A DNA stretch of 38,817 nt from Candidatus Poribacteria bacterium (lineage in GTDB: Bacteria; Poribacteria; WGA-4E; UBA9662). Of this stretch, positions 10,114 through 19,496 are shown piece by piece; position 1 is the stretch's first letter; every line of letters begins with the position of its first letter. A model generated the notes under the pieces. That model saw nothing but the letters and a program-made list of their open reading frames with translations, ran no database searches and was not told the DNA's origin. The DNA is taken from the NCBI GenBank assembly GCA_046582655.1, contig JAYGDX010000130.1:1-38817 (forward strand), given 5' to 3'. A program made the translations under genes and the position numbers.

Positions 10114-10514
10114 CCTAGTTCCGTCAGATCGGTATAGTCGATCCGGTCGCAAATAATTCTTCCCTCTACATGCGACTGAATGCCTTTTAACGTTGGTAAG
10201 CTGCTGCGTCGAACTGCAGGGTGTTTACGTTCATAGGTCAGTTGAAAAGCTGGCTTCCCCCGAGGTGAGATAGCATCGACAATCCGAAAAGGAACGAGTG
10301 CAAAGTCAGCGATCGTTTGGTCAACCCTCAAATTCATCCTACCGTTAATAATCTTATTACAAATGAAATTGAGCAGTTTACCAGCTGAAACAGCATCCAG
10401 ATACCAAACCTGGATTTCGCGATGATCGAAACGTATTAAACCTTCTGTGTAACACTTTACAGTATTACCTTCAACAACATATCGCAATGTGATCACTTCT
10501 GTCACGTCGATCAT
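10110..10514 (-). CDS. Hypothetical protein
   Basis: 134-aa ORF filling the gap, stop overlapping the upstream gene's stop; no recognisable family. Confidence 0.55.
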   Translation of the reverse strand: MIDVTEVITLRYVVEGNTVKCYTEGLIRFDHREIQVWYLDAVSAGKLLNFICNKIINGRMNLRVDQTIADFALVPFRIVDAISPRGKPAFQLTYERKHPAVRRSSLPTLKGIQSHVEGRIICDRIDYTDLTELG

Positions 10515-10700
10515 GCTAGACTCTCAATCTGATTTGCTATATCATAACAGCATTTTTCAGCGCTTTCTGTCAAATCTAACGTAAAAACAAAAAACAATTT
10601 TACAGCCTTTATAGAAAATGGAAACGTGTTTTTAATACTAGCGTAATATCTTAATGATAGAATCCTTCAACTCGACACAAAAATAATAAGGGTAGGCAAA

Positions 10701-12002
10701 ATGAAATTAATCATCTGCAGGAACAGACAGAAAGACCTTCTAAAATCTGTTTTGGGGTTTTTCTTCCCACTACTCATCATCGGCTGTAGTGGTTCGATTG
10801 GAAAAATTGATGTTGAACATGTAGATGCAATCACAGCCAGATCAGAGATTGCAATTGATCAAGCACGGTTGGCTAACGCTGGATCGTTGTCTAAAGACCT
10901 ATTTCAGAAAGCAGAGACAGCATTAAAATTGGCAGATCAAGCGAAAGAAGCCAAGCAAGGACTTGATGCCATTCGTTTGGCTTATGATGCCCAAAACTAC
11001 GCACAAAGTGCAGAAAAGGCCGCTACATACAAGTCACAGGAAGCCAGTTTGAATGCCATCATCCAGCGGAGAGAAACGGAGATCCTGCGACAGCAATCTA
11101 TGTTTGACACAATTAATCAAGAGCTTGAAGATGCTCGGCTAGAAATCCAAAAAGCCGAAGCTGATAAAGTTCAATTAAAACGGGAGTTTGATCACAGTTC
11201 GGAAATAGCAGCACAGAATCTGACCAGAGCAAGAGACGACTGTAAAAAAGATCGAATCGAACTATCGATTTTGCAAGAACAGTTTGATGAGACAAAGACA
11301 GAATGGCAACAAGCACTTCATCAGATTGATGAATACGAGACACAAATCTACAAGTTTCGACGTCAGCTGGCTATGGCAGAATCAGTGACGGATGAGGCCA
11401 AGAAAACAGCTAACCAAGCACGCACGAAAGCAGCTTTACAAGGACAAAGCTACTCCCAAAAAATCGACAATTTGAAACAAGAAAAGATGGTACAGGATCA
11501 CACCGCCATACTGAAGGAAAAAGCACGCCAAGCACGCCAATATGTTCAACGTCAAAAGGCTTGGAATAACTCTAAAACAGGGAAAAGTTCGCTTAGTCCC
11601 CAAAAACAGTCGGCAGGTAAATCAGCAATTGCTGATTGGTACTTGGCTTGGGTCGACAAAAACATGACACGACATCTTCAAAATTATACGGCCAATACGG
11701 TTACAGAACAAATATTGATTAGATCTAACGGTGAAAAGCGGAATTTTATTAACCGGAAAAATTTAGCGACTGAAATTAAGAATATAACACAGCAAAATTG
11801 GACACCGAGTGATTCGGCATTTCAAGCTGAGAGTGACAGTATGATTGGTACATACCGTTTCAATAAAGTTTCAAATCGCTCAAGTCAACCGGTCACCTAT
11901 GACGTCTGGGAGAGAGAAGTTTGGATGCGTGAAAATGATAAGAGTCAATGGGAGGTTCATCGTGAAATTTGGCGCATTTACGAAGAAGTACCAAGATACT
12001 GA
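10701..12002 (+). CDS. Lipoprotein with DUF4398-like helical domain, long coiled coil and C-terminal NTF2-like domain
   Basis: Lipobox LIIG-C29; Ala-rich helical segment; heptad-rich middle; C-terminal AIADWYLAW...WEVHREIW. Confidence 0.7.
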   Translation: MKLIICRNRQKDLLKSVLGFFFPLLIIGCSGSIGKIDVEHVDAITARSEIAIDQARLANAGSLSKDLFQKAETALKLADQAKEAKQGLDAIRLAYDAQNYAQSAEKAATYKSQEASLNAIIQRRETEILRQQSMFDTINQELEDARLEIQKAEADKVQLKREFDHSSEIAAQNLTRARDDCKKDRIELSILQEQFDETKTEWQQALHQIDEYETQIYKFRRQLAMAESVTDEAKKTANQARTKAALQGQSYSQKIDNLKQEKMVQDHTAILKEKARQARQYVQRQKAWNNSKTGKSSLSPQKQSAGKSAIADWYLAWVDKNMTRHLQNYTANTVTEQILIRSNGEKRNFINRKNLATEIKNITQQNWTPSDSAFQAESDSMIGTYRFNKVSNRSSQPVTYDVWEREVWMRENDKSQWEVHREIWRIYEEVPRY

Positions 12003-12021
12003 TCCTCAAGGAGGTGGGCCG

Positions 12022-13092
12022 ATGCAAGAAGGAACCAAACCATGGGACAAATCGAAAAAGCCAGCGAGTTATAGCTATGCAATGGTAGGGCTCGTTTCAG
12101 CAATCCTGATTTTGGGAGTGACCTTCTTAATTCTGGGAATTTTTGATCCCGGTGAGGATATCAAGGATTTTATTGCTAGGTGGGAACAAGCTGTCGAATC
12201 GAAGCAACCAGAAAAATACCAAAAACTTTGGGATAAGGGCGCGCTAAAGCGAAATAGAGTTCAGTATGAACGGGCCGAAAACCTGGTGAAACGACAAGGA
12301 AAGGTTGATGCGGATGTCCGTCTCGTGTCACCCAGGAGAGACTTTCGGCATTCGGATCGAAGACGCATCGATCAAATCCCAGTTAAATTGTACAAGAACG
12401 ATGAACTGACGATGACGATCTATCGGGATTTAGTTATCCAGAAAAAAGGTCTGCGAAAACAATGGCAGTTGATAGTAGACCGGGTTAACGGAGACATTGA
12501 ACACCATGAGGCTGCGCAGAATCCGCCGGAAGAAGAAATTCAAGAGGTGCTAACGGCAGGCAGCCTAGGAGTCGCAACAACCCTGGGAAGTCCGAAAGAA
12601 GCAACCGTTAACTCCCAACTAACATCATCTAGCGCAACAATGTCAGGCTCTGCTCCACTGGACACCAAGCTGAAATTAAGCCAAGTGCTCGGCGATTGGC
12701 AACAGGCATGGCAGACAAAAGACCTGAAGCAATATATGGATAAGTATGCAGAAGAAGCGGCAATTACTCGAGTATCTGTCCGAAACGGCAAAGAATATCC
12801 AAAAATTCTTACCAAAGCGCAGCTCCGTGAGAGCATGAAGCGTGTCAATAAAACATACAGCAAAATCGAGGTTTACATCTCAAACTTGCAGATAAACGGT
12901 GATCATGCTGTTGCTGACGTTGGGTTCTTGCAAGAATTTAAAGGAACTTCAGCTTCTGGTTCACGTCCCGCCTATCAGGACTTCGGCACTAAGACTCTGA
13001 TCTTCATGGTTGATCCATCCGATGGGCTTTGGAAAATTTATTCTGAGAGCTGGAAACTTTATAAAGAAGTACCCAACTATCCCAAATCATAA
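12022..13092 (+). CDS. Single-TM membrane protein with two NTF2-like domains
   Basis: Start reassigned to ATG 12022 (AAGGAGG at 12008-12014); TM helix; FIARWEQAVESK and VLGDWQQAWQTKDLKQY...WKIYSESW repeats. Confidence 0.7.
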   Translation: MQEGTKPWDKSKKPASYSYAMVGLVSAILILGVTFLILGIFDPGEDIKDFIARWEQAVESKQPEKYQKLWDKGALKRNRVQYERAENLVKRQGKVDADVRLVSPRRDFRHSDRRRIDQIPVKLYKNDELTMTIYRDLVIQKKGLRKQWQLIVDRVNGDIEHHEAAQNPPEEEIQEVLTAGSLGVATTLGSPKEATVNSQLTSSSATMSGSAPLDTKLKLSQVLGDWQQAWQTKDLKQYMDKYAEEAAITRVSVRNGKEYPKILTKAQLRESMKRVNKTYSKIEVYISNLQINGDHAVADVGFLQEFKGTSASGSRPAYQDFGTKTLIFMVDPSDGLWKIYSESWKLYKEVPNYPKS

Positions 13093-13101
13093 AAACTAAC
13101 T

Positions 13102-13423
13102 GTAAAAACTAAAGAAGTTCGTAGTTTACTCTACGATATCCTACCGCAAGTACGGCGTATGGATGCCATTCAGGCTTTTGATTCCATGGAGTTCCCTCTG
13201 GTCGAGATTGAGGATCAAGATGGGCTGACCGGCGCCGGTTTCCCTACACTAGTCGGAAAAGATGGGGCGCTACTAAGCAAATTATCGACAATACCTGATT
13301 CCCATTTTTCTAGAAGAAGATCCCAACAATATTGACCGTATATGGCGTCGAATGTGGATGGAGACTCACTGGGTCGGACGTGGGGGAATCGTCGGCCTGG
13401 GTATTGCTGCTATCGACATCGCT
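13102..13423 (+). pseudogene. Remnant of the N-terminal domain of a mandelate racemase/muconate lactonizing (enolase superfamily) gene
   Basis: Joining frames gives KEVRSLLYD...DAIQAFDSMEFPLVEIEDQDGLTGAGF / GATKQIID / YLIPIFLEEDPNNIDRIWRRMWMETHWVGRGGIVGLGIAAIDIA. The start codon is lost, there are at least 2 frameshifts, and it is truncated after AAIDIA. Confidence 0.85.
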
Positions 13424-13452
13424 CCGATCCAGAAAAACTATCTCGATTTTAT

Positions 13453-13481
13453 TTGACATAAACCAAAACACACATTACAAT
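13453..13481 (+). promoter_or_regulatory. sigma70 promoter for the porin/ABC operon
   Basis: TTGACA (13453-13458), 17 bp, TACAAT (13476-13481). Confidence 0.75.
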
Positions 13482-13492
13482 CAAGCTCTAGC

Positions 13493-13512
13493 TCAGCTAA
13501 TATATTAGCTGA
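13493..13512. promoter_or_regulatory. Perfect 20-bp palindrome, candidate repressor operator
   Basis: TCAGCTAATATATTAGCTGA is its own reverse complement and lies 11 bp after the -10. Confidence 0.6.
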
Positions 13513-13725
13513 AATAATGTAGAGTATAGAATTGTCTCTCTGGGAGTTCTTTCAGTACCCTCCACGTAAACTCCAAACTCGATGTTATTTCCCCCTCTAT
13601 TGGCTGCTTTTCCAAATGAATTTCCATCCTCGACCTCGTATACCTCGCTAAGGCTATATTACGATTCTGCAAGAAATAGCTTATATGTTGGTTTGAAATT
13701 TACGTTTAGGAAAAGGAAGATTCTA

Positions 13726-14802
13726 ATGAAGTTAAAAGTCAACCACTCGATTAAAAGGGTGTTGAAGAATTGCCAGTGTCTGTTATCTGCACTGTCCATT
13801 GCAACTTTACTAAGTTCCGCTTCACTCTCATGGAGCCAAAACGGGAAAATTAGTGGTGATTATATTGGCGATTATTATTATTTAGCTTCGGTACATAACG
13901 AAGATTGGCAAGGTCGGCATGGATTCCAGTACCGGCGCATCTACCTCAATTACGATAAAGACATTGCCGATGACCTGGTTATCCGTTTACGATTTGAAAT
14001 GAATAGTCCATCCTTCAACGCCAAAGAACTGGGAAAAATTGCACCTTTTGTCAAACATGGGTACTTGAAGTGGTCCAATTCGGATTGGAGGACAACCAGT
14101 TATTTCGGCCTTATCGGCACACCAACTTTTGCCACGGTGGAGCAAATTTGGGGTTACCGTTCAGTGGCCAAAACACTGGAAGATCTTCATAAACTAGGCA
14201 GCAGTACCGATTTCGGAGCAGCTGTCAAGGGCAGTTTCGATGCAGATAAAAAATTCAGCTATCATGCTATGCTGGGAAACGGGGCCGGAACCAAAGGCGA
14301 GGCCAACAGCGATAAGAAGGCCTACTTGTCATTAACTGCCCGTCCAGTCGAAGGATTAATTGCCGAAGTGTACGGTGAATTTGGAACGGGTACTGATCAA
14401 ACCAGTAACTACATGTTCCATGGACTATTGGGTTATCAAAGAGATCAACTGAATCTTGGACTGTTGATGAGCAACAAAACAAGCCAAAAAGGTAAAGACA
14501 AGGAGGATGAGGCGCGTTTAGCTGGATCCGTCTTTGGCTCTATGCAATTAGGGGATAATTTGGCGGCCCTTGCGCGTGTTGATAGGAACTTTGATCCACA
14601 TGTCACCGGGGAGAAAATTTCGTACCTGCCGCATGCGGCCACTGCGGCATCTAATACAATTATCTTAGGCGTCGACTGGTCACCAGCGACAAACACCCAT
14701 ATTATTCCGAATCTGGTAGCGATCCTCTATGACGAACCGGACAAGGGTAACAAACCGGATATGGACTTGCAACCCCGTTTGACACTTTATTATAAATTCT
14801 AG
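13726..14802 (+). CDS. Outer-membrane porin-like beta-barrel (anion-porin-like)
   Basis: Start at ATG 13726 after AGGAAAAGGAAG; signal peptide; GFQYRRIYLNY, FVKHGYLKW; C-terminal LYYKF barrel signal. Confidence 0.75.
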   Translation: MKLKVNHSIKRVLKNCQCLLSALSIATLLSSASLSWSQNGKISGDYIGDYYYLASVHNEDWQGRHGFQYRRIYLNYDKDIADDLVIRLRFEMNSPSFNAKELGKIAPFVKHGYLKWSNSDWRTTSYFGLIGTPTFATVEQIWGYRSVAKTLEDLHKLGSSTDFGAAVKGSFDADKKFSYHAMLGNGAGTKGEANSDKKAYLSLTARPVEGLIAEVYGEFGTGTDQTSNYMFHGLLGYQRDQLNLGLLMSNKTSQKGKDKEDEARLAGSVFGSMQLGDNLAALARVDRNFDPHVTGEKISYLPHAATAASNTIILGVDWSPATNTHIIPNLVAILYDEPDKGNKPDMDLQPRLTLYYKF

Positions 14803-14827
14803 TGCTTTTCAGAAGGATAAAAATATC

Positions 14828-15709
14828 ATGTGTTTTTCAACTTTGAGCAAGTGCTTAAGACTATTCGTGTCGCTTTTATTTATCAGTCTCTTGTCGACTT
14901 TCCCCGCTTCAGGTGAGTTCAAATTTACGGCTATTCCTGATCAAGACACGGCACGCTTACAAGAACGATTTGGCAAAATAGCAGATTATCTTTCAAAAAA
15001 GCTGGAGGTTGAAGTAAAATATATTCCGGTGAAAGACTACGCAGGTTCTGTACAGTCTTTCAAGAACAATGAGGTTCAATTGGCTTGGTTCGGTGGTTTA
15101 TCGGGTGTTAAAGCTCGGCTTGCTGTTCCTGGATCAGTGGCAATTGCCCAAGGTGCAGAAGATCCGGAATTCATCAGTTATTTTATTGCTAATACTAGTA
15201 CGGGACTCTCTTTTACAGAGGAGTTCCCAAAAGGGATAAAAGGGAATACCTTTACTTTTGGTTCCAAAGGGTCAACTTCTGGCCGCTTGATGCCAGAGTA
15301 CTTCATACGTCAACATTTTAGCCAAACACCGCGTGATGTCTTTACACGAGTTGGCTTTAGCGGTGATCATTCTAAGACCTTAGCCTTGGTTCAATCCGGC
15401 AGTTACGAAGTGGGTGCCATGAATTTCGAGGTCTGGAAAAAGGAAGTCGATGCCGGTCGAGTTGATCCTACCAAGGTACAGGTCATTTGGAGAACACCAA
15501 CTTACCCAGATTACAATTGGACGATTCGTGATAACGTGGACGAAACTTACGGTAAAGGGTTCATCAAAAAAGTTCAACAAGCACTGATAGATATTCAAGA
15601 CCGAGCAATCTTGGATGCCTTCCCCAGATCCAGTTTTATCCCGGCTGATAATTCCATGTTTAAACCCGTTTTAGATGCGGCTATTGCGGTTGAAATCATC
15701 CGAAACTAA
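14828..15709 (+). CDS. PhnD-family ABC substrate-binding protein, putative selenate type (TIGR04553-like)
   Basis: FTAIPDQD, LAWFGGLSGV, FTFGSKGSTSGRLMPEYFI, GFSGDHSKT, YPDYNWTIR; sits next to selD/sen genes. Confidence 0.85.
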   Translation: MCFSTLSKCLRLFVSLLFISLLSTFPASGEFKFTAIPDQDTARLQERFGKIADYLSKKLEVEVKYIPVKDYAGSVQSFKNNEVQLAWFGGLSGVKARLAVPGSVAIAQGAEDPEFISYFIANTSTGLSFTEEFPKGIKGNTFTFGSKGSTSGRLMPEYFIRQHFSQTPRDVFTRVGFSGDHSKTLALVQSGSYEVGAMNFEVWKKEVDAGRVDPTKVQVIWRTPTYPDYNWTIRDNVDETYGKGFIKKVQQALIDIQDRAILDAFPRSSFIPADNSMFKPVLDAAIAVEIIRN

Positions 15710-15714
15710 TTTGT

Positions 15715-15750
15715 TAGCGGCGGGACTCACGTCCCTCCACTACTTTTGTT
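15715..15750 (+). terminator. Hairpin after the binding-protein gene (partial terminator or mRNA stabiliser)
   Basis: TAGCGGCGGGAC-TCAC-GTCCCTCCACTA followed by CTTTTGTT. Confidence 0.5.
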
Positions 15751-15773
15751 TGTAACCAATTCAGATATAGATA

Positions 15774-16451
15774 ATGGAATCAGATACCAATCCCCCTTTA
15801 TTTCGTCTTGATCGAGAGAATGTGTCCTATCAAGACTTCATCGCCCTTAAAAATGTCACCTTGGAAATCAATCAAGGAGAAAGGGTCGGGTTGATCGGCC
15901 CAAGCGGCGCAGGCAAAACCACTTTACTGCGGACGCTTTACCAAAAAGTTTCAGATCAATCGGCATTTGTTCACCAGCATTATGCCCTGGTTCCACAACT
16001 TTCCGCTTTTCATAACGTCTATATCGGTCGCCTTGACCGGAACTCCACTTCTCAGAACCTGATCAACTTGGTTTACCCACGAGAAAAAGTTCGGCAAGAA
16101 ATTCTTCCTATTCTGGATTCATTAGGAATAGAGGAGAAATCATTTGCCAGGGTGGGTGAACTTTCCGGTGGTGAGCAACAACGTGTGGCGGTTGCGCGTG
16201 CGATTTACCGTCAAGAAAGCATCCTGTTGGCAGACGAGCCAGTATCTTCAGTTGATCCCCATCAAGCAGGTATAGTGCTAGAATTAATAAATCAGGTAGC
16301 TGAAACGGTAGTGATGTCCTTACATGCTGTAGAGTTAGCTATAAAATATGCTGAACGGATTATCGGACTGCATAATGGCGAGATTCAATTTGATCTATCA
16401 GCAGAGGAAGTCACGCCAATCATGCTAAAGGAACTGTACCAAAAGCCGTAG
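15774..16451 (+). CDS. ABC transporter ATP-binding protein (PhnC-like)
   Basis: GPSGAGKT, LSGGEQQRVAVARA, LLADEPVSSVD, SLH switch. Confidence 0.92.
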   Translation: MESDTNPPLFRLDRENVSYQDFIALKNVTLEINQGERVGLIGPSGAGKTTLLRTLYQKVSDQSAFVHQHYALVPQLSAFHNVYIGRLDRNSTSQNLINLVYPREKVRQEILPILDSLGIEEKSFARVGELSGGEQQRVAVARAIYRQESILLADEPVSSVDPHQAGIVLELINQVAETVVMSLHAVELAIKYAERIIGLHNGEIQFDLSAEEVTPIMLKELYQKP

Positions 16452-16499
16452 GAATCTCAAATATTACTGTTTCCTAAAACCTAGATCCACTCTACCATT

Positions 16500-17990
16500 A
16501 TGCTGAAAACCAGCCTCATCTTTGTCGGTATTGCCTTTATTGCCATCCTATTAGCCGATTTAGAAGTTTCCACCCAACATCCTTGGTCAGAGATGGGCCG
16601 AATGGTGGAAGGCGTCTTCACACCTGATCTGCCTGTGGTCTGGGAGTTCAAATCCTCACTACTCAACACCGTGATCTTTGCCCTCTGCGGCACCTTTCTG
16701 GGAGCTGTATTAGGAATCGGATTGGCTTTTTTCTTCCAGTACATGCCAGTTCGATTGTTCTGCGCCTTTATTCGTGCCATCCACGAAATTTTTTGGGCTT
16801 TCATTTTTCTGCCTGTCGTCGGGTTGAATTCCATTTGTGGGATCTTAGCGATTGCTATTCCCTATGCCGGAATCTTCGCCAAAGTGTATGCCGAAATTAT
16901 CCAAGAATCTGATCAGCAACCTTTAGAAGGAATTCCCAATGAGGCTCACCGTCTAAGCCGTTTTTTCTACGGTGTTCTGCCGGTTATCTATGCCGACACC
17001 AAACACTACACCGCCTACCGGTTTGAATGTGCTTTGCGCTCAAGCGCCATTCTCGGCTTTATTGGATTACCAACTTTAGGATACCATCTGGAAACTTTTT
17101 TTACAGAGGGCATGTATTCGGAAGCAGCAACACTCTTGATTACTTTTTATCTTCTAATTGCTTCTCTCAAATATTGGTTAAAACCCCGATTGGCACCAGT
17201 TTATATTGTGCTGGCCTTTGTTCTGCTATCAAGGGAGGTCTCACTTTCCTGGGAAAATGTTGCACGTTTCTTTACCTATGAGATCTTACCCTGGCCAATG
17301 CGAAGACAGGGTATTAGAGATGGCACGTATGCAGTATCTTTTGTTGCAATCCCTCTTTGGGAATGGGTAAAAGAGATTTGGCTGGAAGAAGCTTGGGAAG
17401 GCATATGGAAAACTGTCGTCTTAACACAGATTGTTTTGGTTGGTACTGGATTCTTCTCTTTGTTCAGTTTTCCTTTTGCCTGCTGTCACTTTGCAGGGAA
17501 GACTACCAGCCGAATTTGGCATTATCTGTTAATCGTTTTTCGTACCACTCCAGAGTATATTTTTGCTTACATCTTTTTAACTTTGTGGGGACCATCAATG
17601 CTGCCGGCAGTTTGGGCGATCCTATTGCATAACGGTGCGATTTTGGCGTTTTTAAGCAGTAACAACGCCGACCTGGTTCAACTGAGAATGGATGCCCCTT
17701 TAAAACATATCAATCGATACTTCTATGAAATCCTGCCACGTATATACGGTCAATTTCTGGCCTTCCTTTTCTACCGATGGGAAGTCATGATGCGGGAATC
17801 AGCTATCCTGGGGATTTTAGGAATATATACCTTGGGATTCTATATCCACAGCGCTATTTCAGATGACCAAATTGACAAAGCAATTCTTCTGATTCTATTC
17901 ACAGCCATACTGAATATGGGAATTGATTCTATTTCACAGCGGATACGTAAGCGACTAAAAATATCCACCAAACTATCGATCTCATCATAA
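16500..17990 (+). CDS. ABC transporter permease with two fused PhnE-like domains
   Basis: Duplicated motifs RAIHEIFWA/RTTPEYIFA and YRFECALRSSAILG/YRWEVMMRESAILG; multiple TM helices. Confidence 0.9.
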   Translation: MLKTSLIFVGIAFIAILLADLEVSTQHPWSEMGRMVEGVFTPDLPVVWEFKSSLLNTVIFALCGTFLGAVLGIGLAFFFQYMPVRLFCAFIRAIHEIFWAFIFLPVVGLNSICGILAIAIPYAGIFAKVYAEIIQESDQQPLEGIPNEAHRLSRFFYGVLPVIYADTKHYTAYRFECALRSSAILGFIGLPTLGYHLETFFTEGMYSEAATLLITFYLLIASLKYWLKPRLAPVYIVLAFVLLSREVSLSWENVARFFTYEILPWPMRRQGIRDGTYAVSFVAIPLWEWVKEIWLEEAWEGIWKTVVLTQIVLVGTGFFSLFSFPFACCHFAGKTTSRIWHYLLIVFRTTPEYIFAYIFLTLWGPSMLPAVWAILLHNGAILAFLSSNNADLVQLRMDAPLKHINRYFYEILPRIYGQFLAFLFYRWEVMMRESAILGILGIYTLGFYIHSAISDDQIDKAILLILFTAILNMGIDSISQRIRKRLKISTKLSISS

Positions 17991-18029
17991 CAAACTATAT
18001 CGCCATATCAGGCATGTGACCTTAAATCC

Positions 18030-18067
18030 TTGACAAGAATACCTCATGACTATAACATTACGTTATA
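18030..18067 (+). promoter_or_regulatory. Internal sigma70 promoter for senA-selD-senB with an overlapping inverted repeat
   Basis: TTGACA (18030-18035), 17 bp, TAACAT (18053-18058); TATAAC-N5-GTTATA at 18051-18067. Confidence 0.55.
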
Positions 18068-18097
18068 TATATCAACTTAGCCTAGAGATGGTTTCAG

Positions 18098-19411
18098 GTG
18101 ACTCAGTTTAGTAATACTAATCTAACAGCTAAAGAATTAATCGGGTGGGTCAATGATGCTCGTCAGCGAACCTTCGACTTGGTAGCCGACCTAAGCGACA
18201 AGCAAATTATGAGTCCCTATTTGTCGATTGTGAATCCACTGTTATGGGAAATTGGTCATGTCGCCTGGTTTCAGGAAAAATGGGTTCTGCGGGAGTCGTG
18301 TCGGCAAAAACCAATTAGAGATGATGCTGATAAACTTTGGGATTCAATTGCCATAGCGCATCAGACTCGTTGGCATTTACCACTTCCATCACGTGACCAA
18401 ACACTCGACTACTTGCGTCAGGTCCGAGATAGAATCATCGAACAACTGGAAGGTGAAAATCCAAGTCCGGAACTCTGCTATTTTGTTCGCTATACGGTTC
18501 ACCATGAAGATATGCATAATGAAGCATTTACTTACACTCGACAGACATTGGCCTATACACCACCGCAGTTTTCAGAGTCGAACGTCTGCCACCATATCCC
18601 CGGAGGAGGAGGATCTTTGCCCGGCGACGCCAAGATTTCTGGCAAGACATTCGCGCTGGGGGCAACTTTAGATCAACCATTTGTCTTTGATAACGAAAAA
18701 TGGGCACATCCCGTTGAGGTCAATCCTTTTTCCATTGCGCTTGCCACGGTAACACAAGCCGAGTTTGCAGCTTTTGTCGAAGAGGATGGATATCATCGGC
18801 AAGAATTCTGGAGTCAGGAAGGTTGGAAATGGCGAGAGACGGAAAATGCTGCCCATCCGGTCTACTGGAAAAACAATGGGAATGGATCTTGGCTGCGTCG
18901 TCACTTTGATCAATGGTACTCTCTGGAACCGCATCTGCCAATTATTCATGTCAACTGGTACGAGGCAAATGCCTACTGCTGTTGGGCCAAACGCCGGTTG
19001 CCAACCGAAGCAGAATGGGAGATAGCAGCATCCGCTGATCCAGTAGATTTAGACCAACCCAATCGGCTTTTCCCCTGGGGAAATGAATCTTCTCATTCTA
19101 GCCGAGCTAACACGGATTGGCAAACGATGGGTTGCATTGATGCCGGTGCTCTTCCTGATGGTGATAGTGCTTTTGGGTGCCGACAAATGATAGGTAATGT
19201 CTGGGAATGGACCAGTAGCGTATTTTCACCTTATCCCGGCTTTGAAGTTGATTCCTACAAAGAATATTCCGAACCTTGGTTTGAGACACGAAAAGTTCTG
19301 CGGGGAGGATGCTGGGTTACCCGGTCCCGTATGCTACGAAACACATGGCGTAACTTCTATACTCCTGAACGGCGTGATGTGCTGGCGGGGTTCCGCACCT
19401 GTGCTCTGTAA
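18098..19411 (+). CDS. senA: Selenoneine synthase SenA (EgtB-like DinB + FGE-sulfatase non-heme iron enzyme)
   Basis: NPLLWEIGHVAWFQE and HEDMHNEA (SenA type, not EgtB SPxKWHxxH/HEQQHQE); RLPTEAEWE, GNVWEWT, LRGG, RNFYTPERRD, GFRT; adjacent to selD and senB. Confidence 0.88.
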   Translation: MTQFSNTNLTAKELIGWVNDARQRTFDLVADLSDKQIMSPYLSIVNPLLWEIGHVAWFQEKWVLRESCRQKPIRDDADKLWDSIAIAHQTRWHLPLPSRDQTLDYLRQVRDRIIEQLEGENPSPELCYFVRYTVHHEDMHNEAFTYTRQTLAYTPPQFSESNVCHHIPGGGGSLPGDAKISGKTFALGATLDQPFVFDNEKWAHPVEVNPFSIALATVTQAEFAAFVEEDGYHRQEFWSQEGWKWRETENAAHPVYWKNNGNGSWLRRHFDQWYSLEPHLPIIHVNWYEANAYCCWAKRRLPTEAEWEIAASADPVDLDQPNRLFPWGNESSHSSRANTDWQTMGCIDAGALPDGDSAFGCRQMIGNVWEWTSSVFSPYPGFEVDSYKEYSEPWFETRKVLRGGCWVTRSRMLRNTWRNFYTPERRDVLAGFRTCAL

Positions 19412-19496
19412 TAACCCTCGATCGAAAGATAATAATCTTCATGTTTTCCTATGCTGTTGAATCTAATAAAGAATAATAACTTTGGAGTAATACCTT

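Noticed and set aside
14828..17990. Phosphonate uptake phnCDE
   Set aside because: No C-P lyase or other phosphonate genes are present and the context is selenium; not excluded biochemically
18098..19411. Canonical ergothioneine EgtB or generic FGE-sulfatase call
   Set aside because: Motifs NPLLWEIGH and HEDMH plus the selD-senB context indicate SenA
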